From an uncultured Chloroflexia bacterium (lineage in GTDB: Bacteria; Chloroflexota; Limnocylindria; QHBO01): 64,000 bases of DNA. The notes beneath the pieces were generated by a model, which was given only the letters and a program-made list of their open reading frames with translations, had not been told where the DNA came from and made no database searches. The stretch lies in contig CAWHAZ010000005.1 in the NCBI GenBank assembly GCA_963827475.1, positions 153,048 through 217,047 of the forward strand, given 5' to 3'. Of the stretch, positions 10,201 to 19,770 are shown in pieces. The stretch's first letter is position 1. Every line of letters begins with the position of its first letter. A program made the position numbers and the translations under genes.

Positions 10201-11575
10201 CGACCCAGGTCAGGCCCGAGGGCAGGGTGTCAGTGATTGTCACTCCCGTCGCGATACCCTGGCCGGCGTTCGACACGGTGATCGTGTACGTCGCCGTCCC
10301 TCCCGCGGAGATGACCGGCGTTGAGGTCGACTTCTGGATCGACAGGCCCGGGCAGAGGACGGTCGTGCTCGCCGAGGCCTGCATCGGGTCGAAGTTGTCC
10401 GCCTCAGCGGTCGCGGTGTTCGCGTACGCCTTGACACGAGGCGGCCGTCGTGGCGCTCTGGACGTGCACCGACGCGCTGGCGTCATCGGCCAGGGTGCCG
10501 AAGGCGCAGGTCAGCGTCTCGGCCGGTGGGGCTGCCGGTGATTCGAGCACAATGGCTGCGTAGTCCGGGCGATCGGCCCAGTCGACGCCGGTGTCCGGAC
10601 GGCAGCGGGTCGCTGAGCGTGACGTTGGTCGCCACCCCGGGCCCGTTGTTGGTGACCGTGATCGTGAAGCCGATATTCGATCCGGCACTCACCGTGGGCG
10701 GCATCGGCCGTCTTGGTGATGACCAGCAGCGGCGGCGAGCGGCGTGATCGCGTTGGACATGATCTGGTTGTCGCGATTGCCGGCCGACTCGCCGTCGATC
10801 CCGATCAGGCGGATGTGGTACGGACCGCCGCTGATGGCGGCCGCGCCCAGCAAGGGGCCCCAGCCTCGCGGGCCGAGGCCTGCAGCCAGATGGCCGCCGA
10901 ACAGGAGCATGACCCGGCCATCGGCATCGGTCACGTTGAAGTTGATGGTGATGACGCCGTAATCCGAGCCAGCCTCGGCCGGATCGATGGTGTGGGTGAT
11001 GGCCGACGTCGCTGGTGATGTCTCCGCCGTACATGACGAACTGGCGGTCGGCCTGCGGCAGCTCATGGGCTGAGGTGGGCTGCGGGCCGCCCGGCGAGAC
11101 GCTGTTCGGGTCAGAGGGGATGGGGAAGGTGCTGGCGGTCGGGTCGGTAGTCCGGGATACAGAGGCTCGTCCGGGTTCAGATCCTGGCACATGTCGGCGT
11201 TGACGTAGGTGTGGTTCCAGGTGGCCAGGTAGTCGTACGCGTGGGCCACGTTCCCGCTGGTCTTGCGGGCCATGTACGCGATCGTGATCGAGTGGGAAAC
11301 CGGCCGTCGTCGAAGTCGACGATCGAGCCGCTGGGGGACGACCTCGTCCTCGGCGTAGTCGTTGTGGGTGGCATTCAGGATGCCACCGATCCAGCTGTCG
11401 CAGTCCAGCGTCGACCGGCTTGGGGTTGCCGATCTGACACTGCGAGTAGTCGAGGACGTTGGTCGCGGCGGAGGCGACGATGGGCAGGAACGGCCCTGCG
11501 ATGACGTTGAAGATGAGTGCAAGGGCCACGGGCAGCACTTGGAAGCCACGGGTCCGCGCCTGGGATCGGTCCATC
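7238..11575 (-). CDS. giant DUF11-repeat (conserved repeat domain) cell-surface protein; frame broken at least 10 times as sequenced
   Basis: N-terminal signal peptide (MDRSQARTRGFQVLPVALALIFNVIAGPFLPIVASAATNV), then a roughly 330-aa non-repeat domain. This is followed by many ~122-aa units with the DUF11 signature (PGLTISKT..., F.ITV.N.G.G.ATNV...DTLP.G). The C-terminus has a TM segment and a basic tail (LLFGAILIASLGALAYANVRSVRQRR). The conserved protein is spread over 6 or more ORF-track fragments in all three minus frames. Confidence 0.7.
8530..9990. repeat. tandem direct repeat, 4 near-identical copies of about 366 bp inside the DUF11 gene
   Basis: Identical ORF-track peptides recur at 8632/8997/9364/9729 and 8547/8912/9279 (period 365-367 bp). 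Copies differ mainly by 1-2 nt indels at the unit junctions (gagttccgctg, ggttccgctg, gagttgccgctg). Diverged copies flank both sides. Confidence 0.85.
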
Positions 11576-11884
11576 GATAGATGCCCCTCTGGGAAAGCGA
11601 AATGGAGCGCAACTATAGGGGTAGGCCCCGGACTTTGGTACCCCTCAGTTTTGGCGCTCCCCGGCACTCTGGTGGACTTGCGTGGGGTTACGTCCGCAGG
11701 AAGTGGTGCCGGCGGGCACCAGGGGTCCTGGTACCGATGGCCTACCAGGGGATTTCCAGCTCGAACGTTCGGCGGCCAATCTGATCCGACGTCCACAACA
11801 GAGAACGGGGTACGGATCGCTCCGTACCCCGTCCCTGCCAGGGGGGCTGGATGATTGGCGGTCCGTGGGCGCCCCCCGCCCGGG

Positions 11885-11912
11885 ACCGATCAGGCCCCCG
11901 GTTGGTCCGGGG
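11885..11912. terminator. hairpin CAGGCCCCCGG-ttggt-CCGGGGGCCTG downstream of the small surface-protein paralog
   Basis: The stem sequence is the same as at 7188-7213. It lies 20 nt after the minus-strand stop at 11933. Confidence 0.5.
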
Positions 11913-11932
11913 GCCTGACGTGTGCGCTGGGT

Positions 11933-12900
11933 CTTACCGGCGCTGCTTGGCGGCGCGGACGTTGGCGTAGGCCAGCGTGCCGAGCGATGCCACCAGGATG
12001 GCGCCGAAGATCAGGGTCGCGAGGGGGCCGCCGAAGCCGCGGCAGGCTCGTCGCGGTGTCGGGAATCGACCCGGCCGGTGTCCCGGTGCTGCCAGCTTGC
12101 GCTGCCCTCAGGCTGTGACTCAGGCACCGACTCAGGCACCGACTGGCACCGACTCGCCGGTGGTGCACGGTGCGACGGTGATCTCGCCCGAGCCCAGACG
12201 TCGCCACTGAGCGTTCTCGATCGACCAGGCATACGTGCCCGGCTGCGACATCGGCGATCTCCGGTCTCGGTGTCGAAGTCAACCTCGTTGCCGTCGAGGA
12301 ACAGGTTGAGCGAGGTCAGCAGGATGGTGGCCTGGACCCGGATCCGCGGGGTGTCCTGAGGCCCTGCGCACGGAACCGAGGCCAGGTTGACCTCGACGTC
12401 GGGCTCGATCAGGCAGATCAGGCAGATGGCTGATGCCATGGCTGACGTTCCTGGTTGTCCTCCGTGGTGACCAGACCGTTGTCGTGGTCGACGCCATCGC
12501 ACCCGGGAAGCCGGTCTCGTAGTCGTAGATGTTGCTGCCCTCGTTGCCACCCTTGACGTTGGCGGCGACCACGAGCCATCCGCGATCGGCCTGGAAGGAG
12601 ACGTACTGCCATTGGTGACGTTGAACGACGAATGCTCGAGGTCGACGTCTCCCGACGGGCTGTCGCCGCGATCTTGTCCTCGTCGTCGAAGCCGTCGATG
12701 AAGCCAATGCTCTGTGCACGAGGTCGGCGCAGGTCGAGGTTCGTCGATTGCCCGGCGGTGATGACGGCGTCACGAGTCGGGCCGGTGTGGCCGGCGAAGC
12801 GCTGGGGTGACGGCCACGAAGGTGGCCAGGATGAGTCCTGCGATGGCTGTCAGGGCGATGATGAGCCTGGTTGCAGAACGGGCGGGTGCCTGGGTGCTAA
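11933..12900 (-). CDS. small surface-anchored paralog sharing the C-terminal anchor of the giant DUF11 protein; frame broken several times
   Basis: Probable TTG start after AGGAG (MTVSTQAPARSATRLIIALTAIAGLILATFVAV...). Internal coding-like stretches (QWQYVSFQADRGWLVVAANVKGGNEGSNIYDYETGFPG) sit in shifting frames. The C-terminus ...SIPDTATSLP...GGPLATLIFGAILVASLGTLAYANVRAAKQRR* is homologous to the end of the 7238 gene. Confidence 0.5.
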
Positions 12901-13113
12901 CGGTCAATGCCGATCTCCTTGTGTTCCTCCCCTGGTACCGGCAGCGTCCGCTGACGGCCCCCCTGAGGCGTTGTTGAGCCCGACACGATACACAGTCGGT
13001 CCTCGCCTGCATAGTACTTTGGGCGACAGCATTCGTGTCGTGTGGGGCGGTCTGGTGCGGTCGCAACGTCGTCCGTTGCCCAGCCGTCAACGGATCTGCG
13101 CGGCCCTCGGGTC

Positions 13114-13755
13114 CTAGGACGTTCGGCCGCGGGCCTCGAGCAGGACGACCTGCGATTCCTCGGGCAACGTGGAGCGGGTCAGGCTCGCCTTCGGCAGGCG
13201 GATCGGCTCGGTGGCCAGCTCGTGGAGGAACGTCTCCGGGCCCAGCAGATCCTTCGATCCGCCGTCGGTGGCGTAGTGCATGGGGATGACGACCTTCGGC
13301 TCGAGCTGGGACACGACCTCGGCCGCCTCCGCCGGGGAGATGGTGGTGTTGCCCCCGGCCGGCACCAGGAGCACGTCGATCGGCCCGATCTCGTGGAGCT
13401 GCTCATCGGTCAGCAGGTGGCCCAGGTCGCCGAGGTGGCAGACGTGGACCCCGTCCACCTCGAAGGCGAAGATCACGTTCTCCCCCCGCTCGCGGCCGCC
13501 CTCCCCGTCATGCCAGGTGCGGACGCCGGTCACCAGCAGGTCGGCGAACTCGTACTCCCCGGGGCGGGTCAGGGTCATGCCCGCGCTGATCGAGCGGGTG
13601 TAGGCGTGGTCGGGGTGGTCGTGGGAGATGGTCAGCAGGTCGACATCGTGCTTGCCCGCCACGAACCCGGTTTTCGGGGGGCAGGGGTCGGTGATGACGG
13701 CGGCGTGGCGGCCCTTCAGCCGGAAGCAGGCACGCCCGTACCAGGTGATCTCCAC
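13114..13755 (-). CDS. MBL-fold metallo-hydrolase
   Basis: HDHPDH motif plus downstream H and D ligands (ISHDHPDHA..., HLGDLGH). Confidence 0.8.
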   Translation of the reverse strand: MEITWYGRACFRLKGRHAAVITDPCPPKTGFVAGKHDVDLLTISHDHPDHAYTRSISAGMTLTRPGEYEFADLLVTGVRTWHDGEGGRERGENVIFAFEVDGVHVCHLGDLGHLLTDEQLHEIGPIDVLLVPAGGNTTISPAEAAEVVSQLEPKVVIPMHYATDGGSKDLLGPETFLHELATEPIRLPKASLTRSTLPEESQVVLLEARGRTS

Positions 13756-13862
13756 GGGTGCCGGATGCTACCCCACAACAGCGCCGGAAAAACGCGCCGG
13801 GAAAGCACGAGCGCCGGTGCCCGCCCAATGACACCGGCGCCCGAAGGAGGGAGGGTGGAGGA

Positions 13863-13885
13863 GAAATCCAGAAGGATTTCTGACT
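13863..13885. promoter_or_regulatory. perfect palindrome GAAATCC-agaa-GGATTTC in the divergent intergenic region
   Basis: A 7-bp inverted repeat in the only locally AT-richer stretch between the divergently transcribed MBL hydrolase and HEXXH-protein genes. Its function is unknown. Confidence 0.3.
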
Positions 13886-13987
13886 CGCACGGTCACAATA
13901 GGTTCGCCACGTGAAGCCACAAGCCATCCCGATGTGAAGAAACCTGAACCTTTGCCGCCGAGCCGTTTGCCCCACAATGCCTGACCG

Positions 13988-15250
13988 ATGACGCCCCGCG
14001 TCCGGCGCCTGGTCGCCGTGGTCACCCTCATCCTGGCCCTGGCCGTGGTGGCGGTCCTCACCCTGCGTGCCTTCGGCGTGCCCCTCGCCCTCGGGCCCTC
14101 GAGCCCGACTCCGGAGCCGTCGCTCGGCCCGACGGCCGGCGAGAGCGTCGCTGCGTCCCCGTCCCTCGAAGAGGCCCTCGCCGCGCTCGAGGCGGACGCG
14201 GCGGACATCCGGGACCTGCCCCCGGCGGACATCGGTCCGGCCGAGTTCATCTCGCGCGACGAGCTCGAGCAGCGGCTGGCCGACGAATTCGCCGAGGAGT
14301 ACACCGACGACGAGATCGCCGCCGACAACGCCCTGTACCACGCCCTGGGGCTGCTGGCGCCCGACCAGGACTTCGCCGCGCTCCAGCTCCAGCTGCTCTC
14401 CAGCCAGGTCATCGGCTACTACGACGACGCCAGCCAGACGATGGTCGTGGTGGCCGATGCCGGGCTCTCGCCGGAGACCAAGGTCGTGTACGTCCACGAG
14501 TACGTCCACGCCCTCCAGGACGCGGCGTTCGGGCTGGACTCACTGAACCTGGACGCTGCCGGAGACGATGACGGCGCATTTGCCCGGGTCAGCCTCCGCG
14601 AGGGGGACGCGACCACGGCCATGGTGCTGTGGGCGTACCAGAACCTCTCCGCGCAGGAGATCCTCGGCATCAGCCAGACGCCGCTGCCCGACACCACCGG
14701 GGTGCCGGCGTGGATGGTCCGCCAGCTGGGGTTCCCGTACCTCGAGGGCACCGACTTCTCCTCCCAGCTGTTCCAGCGTGGCGGGTTCGCCGGGGTCGAC
14801 GAGGCGTGGGCGGACCCGCCGCTGTCCACCGAGCAGGTCATCCACTTCGAGGCGTACGTCGCGAACGAGGCCCCGCTCGAGGTCGCCGGCATCGAGGCAC
14901 CGGCGCCCGGTATGGAGGTCCTCCGCGAGACCACGTTCGGCGAGGCCATGATCGGCATCTGGCTCGGCGCGCTGGGCGTGAGCCAGAGCGACGCCGACGT
15001 GGCGGCCGCCGGCTGGGGCGGTGACCGGATCACGGTCGTGGCGTCGACGAGCGGCGAGGACGTGGCCATCGTCCTGCGCTCGGCGTGGGACACGCCGCTC
15101 GACGCGACCGAGTTCGCGGAGGGATACGCCGACGCGCTCGACCGGCTGGACCTGTTCGGGAGCCTCGTGGAGCTCAGCGACACGGAGACGCTCGTCGTCC
15201 AGGGGACGAGCCAGGCACTGGTGGACGCGCTCGCCGGCTCGGCCGACTGA
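13988..15250 (+). CDS. membrane-anchored hypothetical protein with an HEXXH motif (putative zinc metallopeptidase-like)
   Basis: N-terminal TM anchor (LVAVVTLILALAVVAVLTL), an acidic linker, then HEYVHALQD. No other recognisable family signature. Confidence 0.6.
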   Translation: MTPRVRRLVAVVTLILALAVVAVLTLRAFGVPLALGPSSPTPEPSLGPTAGESVAASPSLEEALAALEADAADIRDLPPADIGPAEFISRDELEQRLADEFAEEYTDDEIAADNALYHALGLLAPDQDFAALQLQLLSSQVIGYYDDASQTMVVVADAGLSPETKVVYVHEYVHALQDAAFGLDSLNLDAAGDDDGAFARVSLREGDATTAMVLWAYQNLSAQEILGISQTPLPDTTGVPAWMVRQLGFPYLEGTDFSSQLFQRGGFAGVDEAWADPPLSTEQVIHFEAYVANEAPLEVAGIEAPAPGMEVLRETTFGEAMIGIWLGALGVSQSDADVAAAGWGGDRITVVASTSGEDVAIVLRSAWDTPLDATEFAEGYADALDRLDLFGSLVELSDTETLVVQGTSQALVDALAGSAD

Positions 15251-15255
15251 CCGCC

Positions 15256-16881
15256 TTACATCGAGTCCGGGGCTGAGACCCCGATCAGGGCCAGGCTGTT
15301 GGCCAGCACCTGGCGGGTGGCGCGGACCAGGCCGAGCCGCGCGGTGGACAGCGGCGCGTCATCGGTCAGGACCCGGCAGTCGCGGTAGAACTGGCTGAAC
15401 AGGCTGGCGACCTCCATCGTGTAGCGCGGCAGCTCGTGCGTCTCCCGGCGCTCGGCGGAGTCGGCGATGACCTCCGGCAGGCGCAGGAGGTGCCCGATGA
15501 GCGCCTGCTCCGCCGGATGGACGAGGAGCGCCGCCGCGTCTCCCGGCTCGGTCGGCAGGGCCTCCGCTCCCGGCTGGCGGAGGATGGACGAGCAGCGGGC
15601 GTGGGCGTACTGGACGTAGTAGACCGGGTTCTCGTTCGACTGCTGGCGGGCGAGGTCCATGTCGAACTCGAGCGTCTGGTTCGAGGATCGCAGGGTGAAC
15701 AGGAAGCGGGTGGCGTCCGCCCCGACCTCGTCGACCAGCTCGTCGAGGGTGACGTAGACCCCCTCCCGCTTGCTCATCCCCGCCCCACCGGCAATCGACA
15801 CGTGCTGGTAGATGAGGATCTCCACCGCATCGGGGTCGTAGCCCAGGCCGGCGGCGGCGCCCTTCCAGCGCTTGATCGTGCCGTGGTGGTCCGGGCCGAG
15901 GATGTAGACCAGGTGGTTGAAGCCGCGGCCGAACTTGTCGAGCAGGTACGCGATGTCGGCCGCGAAGTAGGTCGGCTCCCCGTTGGAGCGGAGCAGGACC
16001 CGGTCCTTGTCGTCGCCAAAGGTCGTCGAGCGGAACCAGGTCGCCCCCTCCGACTCGTAGACGTGGCCGGCGGCTCGCAGCCGCTCGATGCCATCCGCCA
16101 CCTCCCCCGCTTCGTGGAGCTCGCGCTCGGATCGGTAGACATCAATGTGCATCCGCAGTCGGGCGATCGTGCGCTTGATGTCGTCGTACACCCGGTTCCA
16201 GGCCCACTCGCCGATCGCCTCCAGCGGATTGACCGATGCGACGACGTCCTCCGGCACCTCCGCCGCCAGCTGACCGATGTACGCGCCGCGATAGCCCGCG
16301 TCGCCGGACTGCCCGGTACGGGCCAGGTAGACCGATTGCCCGAAGTCGCGGACCTGGCTGCCGTAGTCGTTGACGTAGTACTCGCGACCGACCTCCGCCC
16401 CGGCCGCCTCCAGCAGGTTGGCCAGCGCGTCACCGATGAACCCGCCGCGGCCGTTGCCGATGTGCAGAGGCCCGGTCGGGTTGGCACTGATGAACTCGAC
16501 GTTCACCCGCCGGCCGGCCTGCGCGGTCGAGCGGCCCCAATTCGGGCCCGCGGTCAGGATGACGGGCACCTGGTCCGCCACCCAGGTCGGGTCGAGGCGC
16601 CAGTTGATGAACCCCGGCGCCATGACCGTGGTCTCGCCCACCCCGGCGGGAAGCTCCAGGTGGCGGACCAGGACCTCGGCGATGGCCAGCGGGGAGGAGC
16701 GGGCCAGCGGCGCGAGCTGCATGGCGGCGTTGGTCGCGTAGTCGCCGTGCTCCGCGTGGGCGGGCCGCTCCAGGCTCGGCGTGGGCCGTGCCGCACCTTC
16801 GGGCAGGGCCAGCTCACCGGCCGCCGCGGCCTGATCCCGGGCGGCCTCGATCGCGGCACGCAGCTCGTCGCGCAGGGTCAC
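15256..16881 (-). CDS. argS: arginine--tRNA ligase
   Basis: Class I aaRS motifs (SANPTGPLHIGNGR, ILGPDHHG...MSKREG) are present. The start is moved to the GTG at 16881 (VTLRDELRAAIEAA). Confidence 0.9.
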   Translation of the reverse strand: MTLRDELRAAIEAARDQAAAAGELALPEGAARPTPSLERPAHAEHGDYATNAAMQLAPLARSSPLAIAEVLVRHLELPAGVGETTVMAPGFINWRLDPTWVADQVPVILTAGPNWGRSTAQAGRRVNVEFISANPTGPLHIGNGRGGFIGDALANLLEAAGAEVGREYYVNDYGSQVRDFGQSVYLARTGQSGDAGYRGAYIGQLAAEVPEDVVASVNPLEAIGEWAWNRVYDDIKRTIARLRMHIDVYRSERELHEAGEVADGIERLRAAGHVYESEGATWFRSTTFGDDKDRVLLRSNGEPTYFAADIAYLLDKFGRGFNHLVYILGPDHHGTIKRWKGAAAGLGYDPDAVEILIYQHVSIAGGAGMSKREGVYVTLDELVDEVGADATRFLFTLRSSNQTLEFDMDLARQQSNENPVYYVQYAHARCSSILRQPGAEALPTEPGDAAALLVHPAEQALIGHLLRLPEVIADSAERRETHELPRYTMEVASLFSQFYRDCRVLTDDAPLSTARLGLVRATRQVLANSLALIGVSAPDSM

Positions 16882-16885
16882 GGCG

Positions 16886-17800
16886 TCATCGCTCCCGGGC
16901 CAGGCGCAGCTCGAGGGCCTGGTCGGGGCTGAATCCGCGCAGGGCGAGCGTGTCCGCCGCGACCTCCAGCAGGGCGGCGGTGGGCGCCAGGCCGATGAGC
17001 TCGGCATGGTCGATGTCGGTTCCCGCCTGCCGAGCCAGGCGCCGGACCTCGCCGACCACGACCGGGATGCCGGTGCGCTCCCAGTCGGCGAGATTCATGC
17101 TGACCTGGGCCAGCTGCCGCCCGTCGGGGACGGCGACCAGCACCCCCATCGCCTGCACCGCGGGCAGGCCGCCGGACGACTCGCGGATCGTTTCCGCGAT
17201 CCGCTGCGCGATCTCGACGTCGTCGGTGGCCAGGTTGAGGTTGAACGCGATCAGCGGCTTGCGGGCGCCCACCGCCACCGCGCCGCCTCGGGGATGGAGC
17301 CGCGACGGGCCGTAGTCCGGCTCACGCTCCGGATTGACCCCGATCTCCTCGCGCAGGCCCTCGTACTGGCCGCGCCGGACGTCGGCCAGCCGCCGCCGTT
17401 CGGGCCGCAGCGCGGCCTCGCCGTAGAGGTACACCGGCAGCTCGAAGACCTTGGCCACCTGCTCCCCGAAGCGTCGGGCGAGGTCCACGCATTCGTCCAT
17501 CCGCGTGTCGCCGAGGGGCACGAACGGGATGACGTCGACCGCCCCGATTCGGGGGTGGGCCCCCGCCTGCTGCTCCATGTCGATCAGCTCGAGCGCCCGA
17601 CCGACCGCGGCCATCGCGGCGCGGACCACCGGCTCGGGCCCGCCCGCGAACGTGACCACGCTCCGGTTGTGGGACTCGTCGCGGCTCGCGTCGAGGAGTG
17701 CGACGCCCTCGATCTGGCGGATCGCGCGGGTGATCTCCTCGAGGACTTCCGGCCGGCGACCCTCGCTGAAGTTGGGCACGCATTCGATGAGGCTCGCCAC
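16886..17800 (-). CDS. glutamate formimidoyltransferase (formiminotransferase domain only)
   Basis: VASLIECVPNFSEGRR... is the FtcD N-terminal domain signature. The GTG start abuts an 18-nt element also found before hutU. Confidence 0.8.
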   Translation of the reverse strand: MASLIECVPNFSEGRRPEVLEEITRAIRQIEGVALLDASRDESHNRSVVTFAGGPEPVVRAAMAAVGRALELIDMEQQAGAHPRIGAVDVIPFVPLGDTRMDECVDLARRFGEQVAKVFELPVYLYGEAALRPERRRLADVRRGQYEGLREEIGVNPEREPDYGPSRLHPRGGAVAVGARKPLIAFNLNLATDDVEIAQRIAETIRESSGGLPAVQAMGVLVAVPDGRQLAQVSMNLADWERTGIPVVVGEVRRLARQAGTDIDHAELIGLAPTAALLEVAADTLALRGFSPDQALELRLARER

Positions 17801-17816
17801 GGACCGATGATAGGGG

Positions 17817-18891
17817 TCAGGCTGAGGCAGCCGCCGCCTGCCGAGGGTCGTCTCGACCGATGGTGTCCGGGTTCGTTCCGCGCGCCCGCGCCAGGCGCTC
17901 GGTGAGGAGCTGGAGGGGCAGGACGACGGCGAGCGAGGCGGCCACCGGACGAGCCAGCTGCCCGTCCAGCTCGACGAGGTGCCGGCCCACCGTGGCCGCC
18001 TCCGCCACGTCCGCGACCTCGGCGGAGCCGAGCACGACCGATGGCATGCCGAGCGCGGCCGCGGCGCGGAGGACGGTCGCCGCCCGCTCTCGCAGGTCCA
18101 CGCCGCGGCCGTCGCCATCGGTCAGGATGAGGACCAGCCCGGTGCGCTCGGTGGCTGCCGCCAGGTGGCCGTGGCGCACGGTCTCGAGCTCGTGGGCGGT
18201 GGCGGGCAGGCGAACCCCTTCCTCGACCTTCAGCGCCAGCTCGCGGGCCGCGGGGTAGTCGACCCCGGAGCCGACGACCAGCAGGCGGTCGGCTCCGGAC
18301 AGGCCGGCGGCCAGCTCCTCCGCGATCGCGCCGTCCGCTCCCGCCGCGACCTGGCGTTCGACCGCATCGGGCGCGACCTCGCTCCCGCCCAGCGCGGCGT
18401 GCAGGCCGACCCCGGCGACCAGGGGCGAGAGGTAGCCCGACGGTGTGGCACCACGACTGGTCCTGCTCGTCGGTGGTGAGCACGGTCGCCGCCAGCGCCG
18501 CGCCCGGGGAGCGGTCGCTGACCGTGATCAGGACCGTCGGGCCATCGTGGCCGCCGGCGGTGCGCAGCGCGGCATTCGTGGCCTCCGTCCCGCCTTCGTG
18601 GGAGATGGCGATCACGGGTGCGCCGGACGGGACGCGGCCGGCCAGCTCGAACGCCTGCTCGGCCCGAACCGCATGGTTCGGCCGGTCCGCGCGGGCCAGG
18701 CCGTCCGCAACCAGGCGCGCGACGGCCATCGCCGCGTGATGGCTCGTCCCGCAGCCGGTGATCGTGACCGGCAGGTGGTGCTCGACCGCGTCACGGATGA
18801 GCCCCGCGACCTGCTCGAGACCGGGATCGGCGGTGAGCTTCCGCAGCAGGCGCCCCGCAAGCGCGGGCTCGGCCGCGATCATCTCGGTCAT
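17817..18891 (-). CDS. SIS-domain sugar phosphate isomerase/aminotransferase-like protein, frame broken near 18430
   Basis: MTEMIAAEPALAGRLL... TGCGTSHHAA ... and a second SIS domain. A 1-nt indel after ...QSWCHTVG moves the conserved sequence (YLSPLVAGVGLHAALGG...) into the frame of ORF 17817-18179. Confidence 0.7.
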
Positions 18892-19041
18892 GGCGTACGG
18901 CGGGCCCGGGCGCCGGGCCGGCATCTCCGACGGCGCCCACGGGTCGGGGGCGCCGGGAAGGCGCGCAACGGGGTCGGTGGCCACGGTTTCGATCCTACCC
19001 GCCATGCTGCCACGCATTCCCGACCGCGCTACCATCGGTCC

Positions 19042-19770
19042 ATGGACCCGCGCACCGCCCTTGCCGAGCTGGAGGCAGCCGGCAGCGAGAGGAACCGAGC
19101 CATCTACCTGCGCCACGGCGCCGGGGAGAACCAGTACGGCGTCTCGTTCAAGGACCTCCGAGCCCTCGCCAAGCGCATCGGTCATGACCAGGTCCTCGCC
19201 CGATCCCTGTGGGCCACCGGCAATACCGATGCGCGCTGCCTCGCCTGCCTGGTGGCCGAGCCGGACAAGATGGACGACGAGGAGCTCGACGCCTGGCTCT
19301 CGAGCATCTCGTACTACCTGCTCGTCGACGTGTTCGTCGCCGAGGTGGCGAGCCAGGTTCCCGGTATCCGCCCCCGCATGGAACGCTGGACCCGTTCCGC
19401 ACGCGACTGGACCGCGCAGGCCGGCTGGGACCTGGCCGCCGTCCTCGCCGCCAATGAACCCGACCTGCCGAACCGGGTCTTCCTGGAGCTGCTGGCCAAG
19501 ATCGAGAACGAGATCCGGCAGGCCGGCAACCGGACGCGGCATGCGATGAACGGCGCGCTGATCGCGATCGGACTGCGCAACGAGCCCCTGCGCGAGGCCG
19601 CGGTGGACGCCGCGGCTCGGATCGGCCCGGTGGTGGTCGATCACGGGGAGACCGGATGCGTGACCCCGGCCGCCATCCCCTACATCCGCAAGACGCTTGC
19701 CTACCGTGAGGCGCAGGCCGAGAAGCGCGCCGCCAGGGCGAAGGCGAAGGCGACGGCCGGGGCGCGGTGA
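19042..19770 (+). CDS. DNA alkylation repair protein (AlkD-like HEAT-repeat glycosylase family)
   Basis: MDPRTALAELEAAGSERNRAIYLRHGAGENQYGVSFKDLRALAKRIG... is the typical N-terminus of this family. Confidence 0.7.
   Translation: MDPRTALAELEAAGSERNRAIYLRHGAGENQYGVSFKDLRALAKRIGHDQVLARSLWATGNTDARCLACLVAEPDKMDDEELDAWLSSISYYLLVDVFVAEVASQVPGIRPRMERWTRSARDWTAQAGWDLAAVLAANEPDLPNRVFLELLAKIENEIRQAGNRTRHAMNGALIAIGLRNEPLREAAVDAAARIGPVVVDHGETGCVTPAAIPYIRKTLAYREAQAEKRAARAKAKATAGAR

Noticed and set aside
11459-11918. Small plus-strand ORFs (11581-11784, 11682-11918) in the leader of the giant surface-protein gene
   Set aside because: No RBS, no conservation signal, and they overlap structured hairpins. 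They are treated as untranslated leader.
17806-17905. The plus-strand ORF starting at the ATG inside the shared GGACCGATGATAGGGGTC element (also at 23064)
   Set aside because: It is antisense to the SIS-protein and ZIP genes, and has no coding signature. The element is better explained as a leader shared by the minus-strand hut genes.
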